Assembly: GCF_004010195.1 (NCBI RefSeq)
Contig: NC_057715.1
Span: 30,018,033-30,082,032 of the forward strand
Source of the DNA: Chiloscyllium plagiosum
Lineage: Eukaryota
Direction of reading: 5' to 3'
Length of the DNA: 64,000 bases
Shown in pieces: positions 40,437 through 52,010 of the stretch (its first letter is position 1; every line of letters starts with the position of its first letter). The translations under genes and the position numbers were made by a program. The notes below the pieces were generated by a model. It was not told the origin of the DNA and searched no databases. It saw only the letters and a program-made list of their open reading frames with translations.

Positions 40437-41329
40437 CAATGGGTCTGCCTAGGCAATCATGTTTCTAGAGTGTGGAGAGACGATAAAAGCGAGCTGTGCG
40501 CGGTTGGGAGACTATGAGATTGGAGGCAGTAGGGGAAGAGGGAAGAGCACCAGATAAAATGTGATTCGTGACCATGGTGGATATGATGTTCCAGGTGGGG
40601 TCACGGTCCAGGAAGGCGGAGATAACTGAGAGCCGACGTTCAGCCTCTGCAATTTAGAAGTCAACACACCAGAGAACAACAGCACCACCCTTGTCGGCAG
40701 GCTTAATTACAAAGTCAGAGTTGGATCTTAGAGCACGGAGAGCAGTCAGTACAAAGGGAGTTAGGTTGGAATGGAAGCGGGGGTGGGCAGAGAAATTGAG
40801 GCAAACAGTCTCACATCAACAGCTTTTGATTAACAGGTTGAGTGCAAGTAAAAGGCTGGAGGGAGGGGTCCAGGTGAGGAGGGGTGTTGGAGCTAGGCAA
40901 AAGGGTCTGTGGGAGAGGACTCTTATTCAAAAAAATGGTGACAGAGGTGAAGGCGATGGAAATAAAGTTCAACATTGTGGCGCGCCCAAACTTCATTAAG
41001 GTATGGAAGCATAGGGACAAAACTGTTTTCTCTCCACAGATGCTGTCAGACCTGTTGAGTTTTTCCAGCAATTTTTGTTTTTGTTTCTGATTTCCAGCAT
41101 CCGCAGTTCTTTCAGGTTTTTTGATTGATGAATTGTTTAAGTGTTGAGGAAACCTTTTAAAATCCTACTGAAATTAATCCTCAGCTGCTCAGGTCTATGC
41201 AGTGTAAAGATTGAGTTGACATTTTTCTTACTTTAGTTTTTAGCTTTCTAGCTTTTAATAGATTTGCTCACAATTTGCTTACTATAGATTCTGAACAGCT
41301 GAGGAGCTCCTGGGATTGCTGCTGTTTCT

Positions 41330-41840
41330 GAATGGCATTTTGGCCAGGAACCTCATACCTGGAAAAAGAGAAAGAGGAAAATATCACAGAGGAACCCTTG
41401 TCTTCCTCATTATAGAGAACAGAATGAGACGTCTGCAGTGCTCTGAGGAGCACTGCATAAGGTGGTTTTGATTCTCAAGGGAAGTTCTGAGAGTCAGCTG
41501 GAATGTTAAATAAAGAGCTGCAGCTAAACACTGCAACTGGTTCAGGATTGTCTGTTGTAGTCAAGGTCACTGCAGCTGTTGAACTTATTTGCCTCCAGCT
41601 CCTTCCAGTTTGTCGCAGTGATTATTCATCTGTCTGCATTAACCAGATGACGGATGGCCTTTTCCTCTGGACAGCAGAAGCAGCAAGATTGGGTGTGAAC
41701 ATTACAGGGTTCTCCAACACCTACAAACATCAAAGACTCATCCATGTCAACTTGCTGGTTCCTCTAACAATGTGACTGTCTTCGTGAATCATGTTAGCTT
41801 CCATTCTGTTATGCTGAACCTGACACGTGACAACAGGGAG
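41330..41840 (+). mobile_element. Decayed PIF/Harbinger (HARBI1-like) DDE transposase
   Basis: Frameshifted motifs in the expected order: SEEHCIRWF, LSVVVKVTAA, FASSSFQ, CINQMTDGLF, ITGF, FVNHVSFHSV; possible continuation CSAFHK (CCALHN-like) near 43984-44001 after the LINE. Confidence 0.75.
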
Positions 41841-41844
41841 GCAG

Positions 41845-43870
41845 AATGATTCATCAGCTGACAAGTGAAGTTGGTGGTGAGGAGTTTTGTGGAGTGTAGT
41901 TGGAGGTAGCCAGTGGAAGTATTCCTCTATCAGACTTGATACGGTTCAGAGCTAAGGATTCCCCAGAGCAAGTTCCTCCCAACTGCATACCACTGTGCCA
42001 CCACCCCTGGTGGGACTGACCTGACAGTGGTACAGGACATAGCCAGGGATGGTGATGATGGCATCTGAGTTATTGTCTGTAATGTTTGATTCTGTGAGTA
42101 TAACTGTCAGGCCATTGCTTGATTAGCCTGTGAGACTGCTCCCTCAAATGTAGGTATCAGTGAGGAGAACCTTGCAACATTGACAGGGCTTGATTCAAGA
42201 GACTGGGACTATGGCCGGAAGAACAGGAACCAACAAGAGAGACAAACCTACTCAGCACCAGCCATTCCAATCTATTCATCACAAATGCATCTGACCATGA
42301 CATATCAATAGGAGTGACCTTTTCCACCACACAGACCTTGTAAGGATATATTCCCATCTTTACATCGACGATATCCTTCATTGTGATGTGTAGCCCAATC
42401 CCAATGTTAAAAGAGAGATATTTCATACAGATCTTGGATCTCAAAATGCTGTATTTAACAACTATCTGTAATTTTACACACAGGTTTGCCAGTCATCTAA
42501 CATTGCCATCAATTTGGGAACCAGCCTTGGTTCCAAAAAAAAAGTGAAGGAGAGCATGCCAAGAACAGCACTGGGCCAACCTAAAATGAGGTTTGCACCA
42601 AGTGATGGACAGGGTTAAAAGAATCCACAACCAACAGATCAGATTTACATTTTGCAGTCTTGCCATATCCAGTCATGAATAGTTGTGGATAATTCAGTAA
42701 CGAACAGAAAGTGGAAGCTCGACAAATATCCTCATGCTCAATGATGGGGGAGCCAAGCACAATAGTGCAAAAAGAAAAGGCTGAAATATTTGTATACATC
42801 TTCAGCCATAAGTGTCGAGTGGATGATCCATCTCAGCCTCCTCCAGCAGCCCTCAGCATCACAATTGTCATTCTTTGGCCAATTGGATTCATTCCATGTA
42901 ATATTATGAAATAACTAGAAAGTACTGGATACTGTAAAGACCATTGACTCTGACAAGATTCCAGCAACAGTACTGGAATCCCTGCCCCAAGCCAAGTGCA
43001 AATGTGGAAAATTGCCCAGGTCTATCCTGTTCATTAAACGGAGGATAAATTCACCTTAGTCAATTACTGTCCTATTCATTTACTCTTGAATATCTGGAAA
43101 GGGATGGAAGGTGTCTGCAACAGCTTATTACTTGGCACTTGTTCATCAATAACCTGCTCACTGATTCTCAACAATTTGTGTTCTGCCTAGGCCACTTAGC
43201 TCTTGATCGCCTTACTGCCTTAGTTTAAACATGGACCAAAGCACTGACCTGTATAAGTGAGGAAACAATTACTGCCTTAGCATCAAGGCAGCATTTGAGA
43301 GAGTGGAGCACCAGGAGCAAAACTACAGCCGATAAGAATCAGGGGAAAGTTCTGTGCTGGTGGAGTCATACCTGGCACACAAAGGAAGATTGGTGTTTTT
43401 GGAGATCACTTCAGCTTCAGGACAGGTCTTCAGGGAATTCCTCAGGATAGTGTCCTTGGTTCAACCATCACCAGCTGCTTGATCAATGATCTCCCTTCAT
43501 CATCAGATCAAAATGGGGATGTTTACTGATGATTGGACAATGTTCAGCACCTTTCCATTCATCACACTGCAGCAACTCAAAAAAGTTCCTTTAACAATAT
43601 TTTCCAAAGCAGTGACCTCTAACACTTTGAAGGGCCCAGGGTACCATATGCATGGGAACACAGTCACTCGGAAGTTGCCTTCAAGCCACTTATCATCCTG
43701 ACTTGGAATAATACCACTGTTTCTTCACTGTCAAAATCCTGGAACTCCCTTCCACCAGCATTATGGTTATACCTATCTCCCAAAGACTATAGTGGTTCAA
43801 GAAGGCAACTCACCACCATCTTCTCCAATTAGAAATTGGCAACAGCATTATCCATAACCTTAAGTGAGTA
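41845..43870. mobile_element. CR1/L2-group LINE (second family) with inverted 5' segment (41845-42215 minus; 42225-43870 plus)
   Basis: Minus: SHRLIKQ, ILTES, TIPGYVL, TRGGG, SADES (endonuclease N-half). Plus: EPTRETNL, KAEIF, WKIAQV, PQDSVLG, FTDD and family tail. Confidence 0.75.
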
Positions 43871-45178
43871 AAAGAAAACATTAGATTATTTTGCTCTCTG
43901 CCTCCTTCTCCAGCAACTGTCAAAATGCATCAATTGGCCATGTATGCACTCATGCCTCTGTGCAGCAATTGTGGAACCTCTACTGTAGTGCCTTTCACAA
44001 ACTCAGAATGTGCCAAAGTGCTTCAAAGCCAAAATAGATTTCAGTAATATCATCACAGTCACAGTGTAGTGAAACATGGCAACTGATACATGCACAATGA
44101 GATAAATCGCCCAAGTTGGCCTGGATATACTACACGTGCACATCTTCACGTGGTCAGCTAGGAGGTATACCCTACCAGAACTATTTCCCCAAAGTCTAAA
44201 AAATTCCTCTTTTACATAACAGATCGTCTGCAGTTTCTCCAGCATTCTCTGTGTTTATTTCAGATTGCCAGCATCCACTATATTTTATTTTACTGGATGT
44301 TTATAGGTAGCTTCCTTTGAGGTCATCATTGAGCAGCATCACTTTGCTGCTGGCAACAAAATTTGGGTTATTAATTTTTCAAAGATGCAATGTCGTTTTC
44401 CTCATTGACAGTCAATAATAGAAAGTCACATTCCATCTACCATTCAAGGAATTCACCACTGAAAAATTTCTGATAAAGAAAACCTCAAAAAGCTGGGATA
44501 AAGTTAAGATTTCATTGGCAGCTGTGTGAAATAATTACACTAAAACTTACAAGGAAAGAATATTTTAAAAGCAATGAAGGGGTTGTACATTATTCTACAT
44601 ATTGTTAAAGAAGTTACTTAGATATGGATAGATGGATAATGATTCGGAAAAAATATACTTAATGTTGTTGTCACTATCAGGGATGATTTCTGGAAAACAA
44701 TTGTGCCTAGCAGGTTCTTCTGAAGTCACTAACTAAGTCAATAAATGCAGGAGTAATAAGATAATGTTCAAATTCTCCCAGTGAGAATGGCTGCAAAATA
44801 GAAAAAAAAACTTTTTTTCAATTATCTCCATATATATATATATATAGAACACGTGAGCAAAGCATGACACACCTTTACCATCCACTTGGGGAGGAATGGA
44901 AGTGGAAAACCTGAGTAGGAAGTATGCCATGCTTAATGATGTGTATATGGCCCATGTTGACATTGCATGACTTTGGCATCTTTTGTATACACGTGTTCCC
45001 TTGATTCTAACCATTATAGACAGTCATGCACCATTACAGGTGGCTGCACAATGACAGAAAATTCAGTGTAACACTCACTTTTGTGTGACAGAATTCAAAC
45101 ATAGCAACTTCAAAGTCACTGGATGAAGCAATGGAGTAGAATAATATTCAGTATCCTCTCCTTTCTGGGTTTAGATCC

Positions 45179-45348
45179 AGGTTAAATGGGTGGAGTGAAA
45201 GTGTTTATTCTTTTTTTTTCTTTTCTTACAGTCCTTTTTTTTTAACCCCCACACTACCGCCTAAGTGCGGTAGTGTGGGGGTTAAAAAAAAAGGACCGTA
45301 AGAAAAGAAAAAAAAAGAATAAACACTTTCACTCCACCCATTTAACCT
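45179..45348. repeat. Near-perfect palindrome: 82-bp arms, 6-nt loop, 1 mismatch
   Basis: 45179-45260 is the reverse complement of 45267-45348; loop CTAAGT; homopolymer run lengths match. Confidence 0.95.
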
Positions 45349-45633
45349 AAGTGCGGTAGTGCTTATTTTTTTCCCCAGCACCCATGGTGTGTGTGTATAC
45401 GTGTGAGACAGTAAAAGACACAAAGTGCACGAATCTTTATTCAAATTCCACCACCAGAAAGATAGGAAAACACCCGAGTGGCCAGTGACAAACACTGCCC
45501 TTCACATCAAAGGGCAGTGCTGTGTGATCAAAACAGTGAAGGGGAGGGTAGGGACTAAATCAAAATAGAGTTGGAGGGAGAAATGATGCACTCCACTCCC
45601 TGCGGCGCCCACCTCTCCCTGAACAACTCCAGG
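45213..45633 (-). mobile_element. 5'-truncated Tx1-like (L1 clade) LINE with 16-bp TSD
   Basis: ORF2 end LELFRERWAPQGVECIISPSNSILI* (stop 45557-45555); 3' UTR hairpin 45493-45519; A-rich tail; TSD GAAAGT(G/C)TTTATTCTT at 45197-45212 and 45634-45649. Confidence 0.8.
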
Positions 45634-47741
45634 GAAAGTCTTTATTCTTAAGGCACTGCTGTCAATTGTGCATCATTGTTTTCAGATGGTAGGTATTAAC
45701 TGGGGATTCAATTTGTCCCTATAAATAGACACAACACAAAAAACAGAGGTGCTCCTGTCATCTGTGATTCCATAAAGAAGGGCTTATAAAGGTATGTACA
45801 GATTGGCTGGTGGAGTATGACAATTTCAAAAGGTCCTATGTGATGTTAAATTTACCAGCTCACATTCAAGACAGTTCACAAAAACACTGAATCAAAGTAA
45901 ACCACACAAAAATTCAAATGGCAATCTTGCTTAGCAAAGTCAAATGTCTGACCAATCCCAGAAGTATTTCAATAGTCTTCCACTGTTGGAATTGGGTTTG
46001 ATTGTGTTGGATAGAGCGAGATGTACTCAACTTTTAAATTGCATTAACCAGACAAGTGGTTAATGCTAACACTAGTTAGAATGCCATTCCATTGCCCAGC
46101 TGAAAAGCTGAAAAGAAAATTGATGTCAGTTACAATGTTGATTTTCTGAATTTTCCTCCACAATCTCTTTCACCTGGTATGTGGTCATGAAAATTGTCTG
46201 TGATGCCAAAATATTCACGTAAAACAGAGCCTTGTACTGACTTTTTAATTTTCCCGTATTCAATAAGAACAAGACAATTGGTTTCGGCAACTTTCCACTC
46301 GGTCAATATTGCTGAGGGCAATAAAATAGGATAATCTGGAAAAAGAATAGTTTTGATGATGTCAGTATCTCCTAATGAAAATTTTAGGCTTACTTCCTGC
46401 TTAGGGACTAAATTTGATTTTCAGCAGTTTTCCCATAAGTTGTATCAATAACTACATCGTCGCAAGCACAGAATCAGACTGCTCTATGCAAATACTATGC
46501 ACCACACAAGTGCCTTCCCATTCTGTTTTTTCTAACTAGGTCCACCTTTTCTGCCTTTTTCACCTATAAACTGATCTACCTTCAACTTTTAAGGCATCCA
46601 TGCTATTCACCTCAGCTACTTCCCATAATTACAACTTCCACATTCTCATAATTTAATGCAAACAAGCTTCTCTTTGAGTTTATGATTGAAAATAATCCAA
46701 TATAATCAGAATAAAATCACAAAGTGTTTGAGAATTTCATTTCAGCTTTTCCAAAGACTAGCACCTGAAAATGCCTACACAGGTTTGCAAATTTGACGAC
46801 ACCAAACTAAAACATCCTCTGAACATTCATTGTTTCTTCACAGCAACAAGACAAGGAAAGTCCATTCCATTGAGGCTAGGCAGGGCAATGTAAGGTGATA
46901 TATATAATACTATCCCCAGCATCACATGAGAGGAATATCACACCCAGGGGCCTTACATATGCCAAATTAATTTTATCATATTAAGACTTGTGGGTTCTGG
47001 CCAATACAGGCTGTTAGAACTGAAATCTTAATTCTTCAGATCCAAACTGTGAACAATGCATAAACTAATCGATTACATCTAACAAAATGCTTTGTGGGTT
47101 ATAATGATGCATGAGTAACATGATTTGATTTTTATAATAGCTTTAATAGACAATCGATTTGTGCAGCATTTGGAGATTGTTGACAAGGTGATTTTAGCAG
47201 ATAACTAATCGAAGGAATCCTGCACCACAATCTGCTGAGATCCCTCAACATAACGCGCATGTTTATTTTGACCAGTTCTTTTATCAAATTTTAATATATA
47301 AATAATATTTGCATCTCAATGTCCTGCAGTGTAATCAATTTACAGGTAAACTATAGAAGTTGCTCTCATGCTGAAATCTGGATATCATAGACAAGAGCCC
47401 TATTGTGTTAGCAATGATCTGGATCTAATTTTCCATTTGGAGGTTTCATTTTAAGGAATTCTTGAACAAAAAGAATGAGGACAATTTAGGCGAGGTTCTA
47501 TCAATCAATCAGGTAGATACATGTTATAATGATAAGTCAATTTTTCACATACATTGGGTACAGTTCACACATGTGGACCTCCTAACTTTACGCAAAGTAG
47601 GACAAACCTATGGACCTGAATGATATATCTACTAGATTGGGCTTATAGCAGGTGGTGTGTGATCCAACAAGAAGGGAAAACCTATCGTCAATTTAGCTTT
47701 CAAACATGTTCTTGTGCCTCACAGTCTGAACCATTCAGAGA

Positions 47742-50720
47742 TGATGTGGAGATGCCAAAGTTGGACAGGGGCGGACAAGGTCAAAAGTTAAATGACACCA
47801 GGTTATAGTCCAAAAGGTTTATTTGAAATTGCAAGCTTTTGGAGCTCCACACACCTTCCTCAGGCTAGGGATGATAGAGACACAGTATTTAAAAGCAAAA
47901 AAATTAACAACTTTAAAACTAGCTGCCCTTGTTGAATCCTTTAATCAGTTAGGAGGTAGACTACTGATTAAAATGCAAAATCCAGATTCCTTTCGAGTCT
48001 TTGTCCCTAGATAATTAAACGTTTTATCATTGTTCAAGAAGTGATATCTCAGATTAGACAATGCACATTAAGTGTGAGGTCCCTCTTCGAATCTGTCTGT
48101 GCTTTAAGCTGAGGTTGGGTTTTATTTTTGTGAAAAGAATCTTAACTGAAATAATTCTGTGCGTGTGCGCGTGCATGTGTGCAGTGAGAGAGAGAGTGTG
48201 AGTGAGTGAGAGAAACTGAGTGTGTGTATGTGCATTTGGCAGAGTCTGAGTGTGACTGCTTGTGTGCATATGTCAGTGTGAGTATGCTTCTATGGGACAA
48301 CCCCTACACATATACAGGAACTGTTCAGATGAGGGGGAATGTGACAGTCACCTGAAGATGTTGAAGGTTGCATTCATAATAACAGAATATGAAGCTCAGC
48401 TCATCAATTGCAAATTTCATTGTGCCACAGTGAAAAACCATAGTGACCTCCTCAGATGACAGACACAGGATATAGCTCCCTTTGTCATCCAGCATTACTC
48501 AGGAACAGAGAATCTATGCCATGTTCTTCACATCCTTCAACACATCATTGACGATGATGGACACCATGCCATGATCTTACCTACTTCTCCACTTCTCACC
48601 TTCAAACAACCACTGAACCTTAAACAGACCATTGCTCGCAGCAAACTGCCCAGCCTTCAAGACGACATAGACCACAGCACCACACAATCCTGCCATGGAA
48701 CCCTCTGCAGGACATGTCAGATCATCGACATGGATACTATCACACGTGGGAAAACCACCCATCACATACACGGCAGATACTGATGTGGCTCGGCCAATGT
48801 CATCTATCTTAAATGATGCAGGCATGGATGCCCTGAGGCATGGAACATTGGCGAGACCATGCAGATACTACAACAATGGATGAAGAAACACCACACAATG
48901 ATCAAAACAGAACAGGCTCCCTCCCAATAGAGGAACATGTCGGCTGTCCAGGACATGCAGCCTCCGATCTTTGGGTGAGCATCATCCAAGGCAGACTTCG
49001 AGATATGCAACAATGCAAAATCACCGAACAGAGGCTGATAGCTAAGGTCCATACCCATGAGGACGGTCTCAACCATGATCTTGGCTTCACACTACTGGTA
49101 ACTCCACCATACTACATACTCCCACATACAGATTCACATATTCAAACTTGCACACATACACAGCCCCTCTCCCACACACAAACACTCACACATGTACACT
49201 CATATATACACACACTCTCACTCTCAAATGCACACACATACACGCTCAAACTCTCTCAAATATACATACACACACACTCTCTCTCTCTCAAACACATGCC
49301 CTCTCTCAATCACACACACACACACACATTATTTCATTCAAGGTTCTTTTCTGTCAAAATATAACACACACATATTCAAGATTTTTTCTGTCACAAAGGT
49401 AAAATATGAGGACCGTGATGGGCACCTGGAAGTACTCAAGGTTGCTCTCATAAGAACAGGGTACAATTCTCAACTCACTGACCGCTAGTTCTGACGTGCC
49501 ACAATGAGAAACTATAAATGACCTCCTCAGGAGACAGACACGAGTTGCAACTGACAGGGTACCCTTCATTGTCCAGTACTTCCCAAGAGCTGTAAAACTA
49601 CGCCATGTTCTTCGCAGCCTGCAACACATTATCAATGAGGATGAGCACCTCGCCTCCACTTCTCACCTTTAAACAACCACCAAATCTCAAACAGATTATT
49701 GTTCGCACCAAACTGCCCGGCTTCCAGGACAACACCATACAACCCTATCATGGCAGACGCTACAAGACGTGTCAGAATGTTGACATGAATACCACCATTA
49801 CACGTGGGGACACCTCCCACCATTTGCGTGGCATATACTCATGTGACTCGGTCAATGTTGTCTATCTCATACGCTGCAGGCAAGGATGCCCTGAGGCATG
49901 ATACATTGACGAGACCAAGCAGAGGCCATGGCAATGGATGAATGGACACCAAGCAACAATTAACAGATGGGAGTGTTCTCACCCAGTCAGGGAACACTTC
50001 AGCGGTCCAGGACATTCAACCTCAGATCTTCAGGTGACCATTCTCCCAGGCGGTCTTCGGGACAGGCAACAATGCAAAGTGGCCAAGCAAAGGCTGATAG
50101 CCAAGTTCAGTACCATGAGGATGGCCTCAACCAGGACCTTGGGCTCATGTCACACTACAGGTGACCCCATTGCACTAGACACTCCTACACTCACACACTC
50201 CTTCACATACACTTCTCTCTCTCTCTCACACACACCTCTCTCTCTCTATCTAACACCTCTCTCTCTCTCTCTCTCCGTCTAACACCTCAGCTTAAAACAC
50301 AAACAAATTCAAAGCCAGAGAAAGTGAGGACTGCAGATGCCGGAGATCAGACTCAAGAGTGTGGTGCTGGAAAAGCACTGCAGCTCAGGCAGCATCTGAG
50401 GAGTAGGAGAGTCGAAGTTTCTGCGAAAAGCCCTTCATCGGGAATTCAAAGCTGGACCTCATTCCTGAAATGCATTGTCTAATCTGAGATAGATCTTTAA
50501 AACCTTTAATTATCAAGGGATAAAGACTTGAAAGAAATCTGGATATTACATTTTAATTAGCAGTCTACCTCCTAAATGATTAAAAGATTCAACATGGACA
50601 GCTTGTTTTAAAGTTGTCAACATTTTACCTCTCTATCATACCACGCCTTTGGAAGGAGTGGAGCTTGCAATTTCAAATAAACCTGTTGGACTATAACCTA
50701 GTATCATTTGACTTTTTATC
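47742..50720. mobile_element. PLE array: inverted 3' end (47742-48290 minus) plus two tandem partial ORF copies (48295-49370 and 49400-50720 plus)
   Basis: PLLTFKQPLNLKQ / PLLTFKQPPNLKQ; CHGTLCRTCQ linker; NVVYLIRCRQGCPEA*YIDETK GIY-YIG; terminal TTCAAATAAACC..TTGGACTATAACC at both outer ends. Confidence 0.88.
50316..50442 (-). mobile_element. HHR-headed mini PLE insert with 10-bp TSD
   Basis: TSD AATTCAAAGC at 50306-50315 and 50443-50452; minus strand CCGATGA-AGGGCTTTTCGCA-GAAACTTC. Confidence 0.8.
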
Positions 50721-51039
50721 TTATTTCTGGATGAGGGTGAATCCAAGTGACTGCACTAAATCTTGTACCTTGGGGGCATGGATGGAGGCATTACTGAAAG
50801 CATAGATACCTAGGAGAAACTGAAAGCGAATGCTTAATAACCAAGAAGGGCAAAGATGTGGGGGACTGGGGGGTGGGGTTGCATGCAGTGTGATTCAGCT
50901 AGGTCCCACACCTCATAGGGACTGCCCTGACATGGATAGGTTATTCTTACCAAGAATCAGTCCTTGTAGAGATAAAGTTTCTTCTTCATATTGAAGATCC
51001 CCTCCATCTTCCAGTTTGTCACTCAGGACAATCTACCAC

Positions 51040-52010
51040 TCAAAATTGAGCATTCGTGACAGCTGTTTGCCACTAGCTGTACCAGAAAGTGAGTTACCAC
51101 TGACCAGAAACTTAACTGGTCAAATCACATAAATACTGTGGCTAAAATTCAGAAATTAGAATTTCTGCTGTGAGTTACTCATCTCTTGACTCCAGAGATC
51201 TGTCCATAATCACCAAAGTCGAGAGTGCGATGGGATGCTCTCTATGGATCCATGCAGCTCCCACAACACGCAAAAAGCTTAAAGTCATCCCAGACAAAAC
51301 AGTCTGATTGATCCACACTGCAGCACCACCTTAAACATTCAATCCCTCCATATAGTAGCAGCATGTGTACTTTCTACAAGATGCATTGAAGCAATTCACC
51401 AAGAGTCCTTTGACAAATCCTTCAAATCCCACACCTCTAGTACACAGAAGAACAAACACAGCAGATACATGGGAAAACTATCCTTGCAACTCCTCTCCAA
51501 GCAACCAGTCATTTTGACTTAGAAATACATCACTGTTACTTCACAGATCAAAAAGCTGGAACTCTGTTCCTAACTGCACAGGCCATACCTAAAAACACAC
51601 AGGCTTGGGGAGTGGATGTTTCCACCAGTAATAGAGACTGAGAGCCAAGGGCACAACCTCAGAGTGAAGGAACAACCCTTTAAAACTGAGGTGAGAATGG
51701 ACTTCTTCAGCCAGAAGCTGGTGAATCTGTGGAACTCACAGTCACTGAAAGCTGTGGAAACCAAGTCATTGACTGTACTGAAGACAGAGATAGATAGATT
51801 CTTAATTAGTAAGGGGATCAAGGGTTACTTGGAGAAGGCCAGAAAATGGGATTGAGAAACAAACCACCAAGATCGAATGGCAGAGCACAGGCCAAATGGT
51901 CTGATTCTACTGCCCTATACCTTATGGTTTTATGGAGAACAGCAGGTCAACTGGCTGCTTGTTACCAACACTACAAGGCAGTTAGTGACAGCAACAAATA
52001 CTGATTTCAC
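51040..52010 (+). mobile_element. Old second-family LINE 3' fragment with nested CR1 3' end (51610-51935)
   Basis: TGACCAGAAACTTAACTGG; nested ORF GHNLRVKEQPFKTEVRMDFFSQKLVNLWNS. Confidence 0.7.

Larger units (their letters stand above)
38262..41122 (-). mobile_element. Decayed near-complete PLE (RT + GIY-YIG) with an inverted terminal copy at 41020-41122
   Basis: LTLNNFYFNSPHCLQAEGVAMGTHMGHSYFCLFVG (PLE RT); LPFLDI; LVFTYHP; GIY-YIG-like NLVYCI...KCTFGNCFTEYL; HHR-like motif 38325-38361. Confidence 0.88.

Noticed and set aside
48840-49488. His/Thr-rich ORFs up to 174 aa
   Set aside because: Translation of (CA)/(CT) microsatellite in a PLE UTR.
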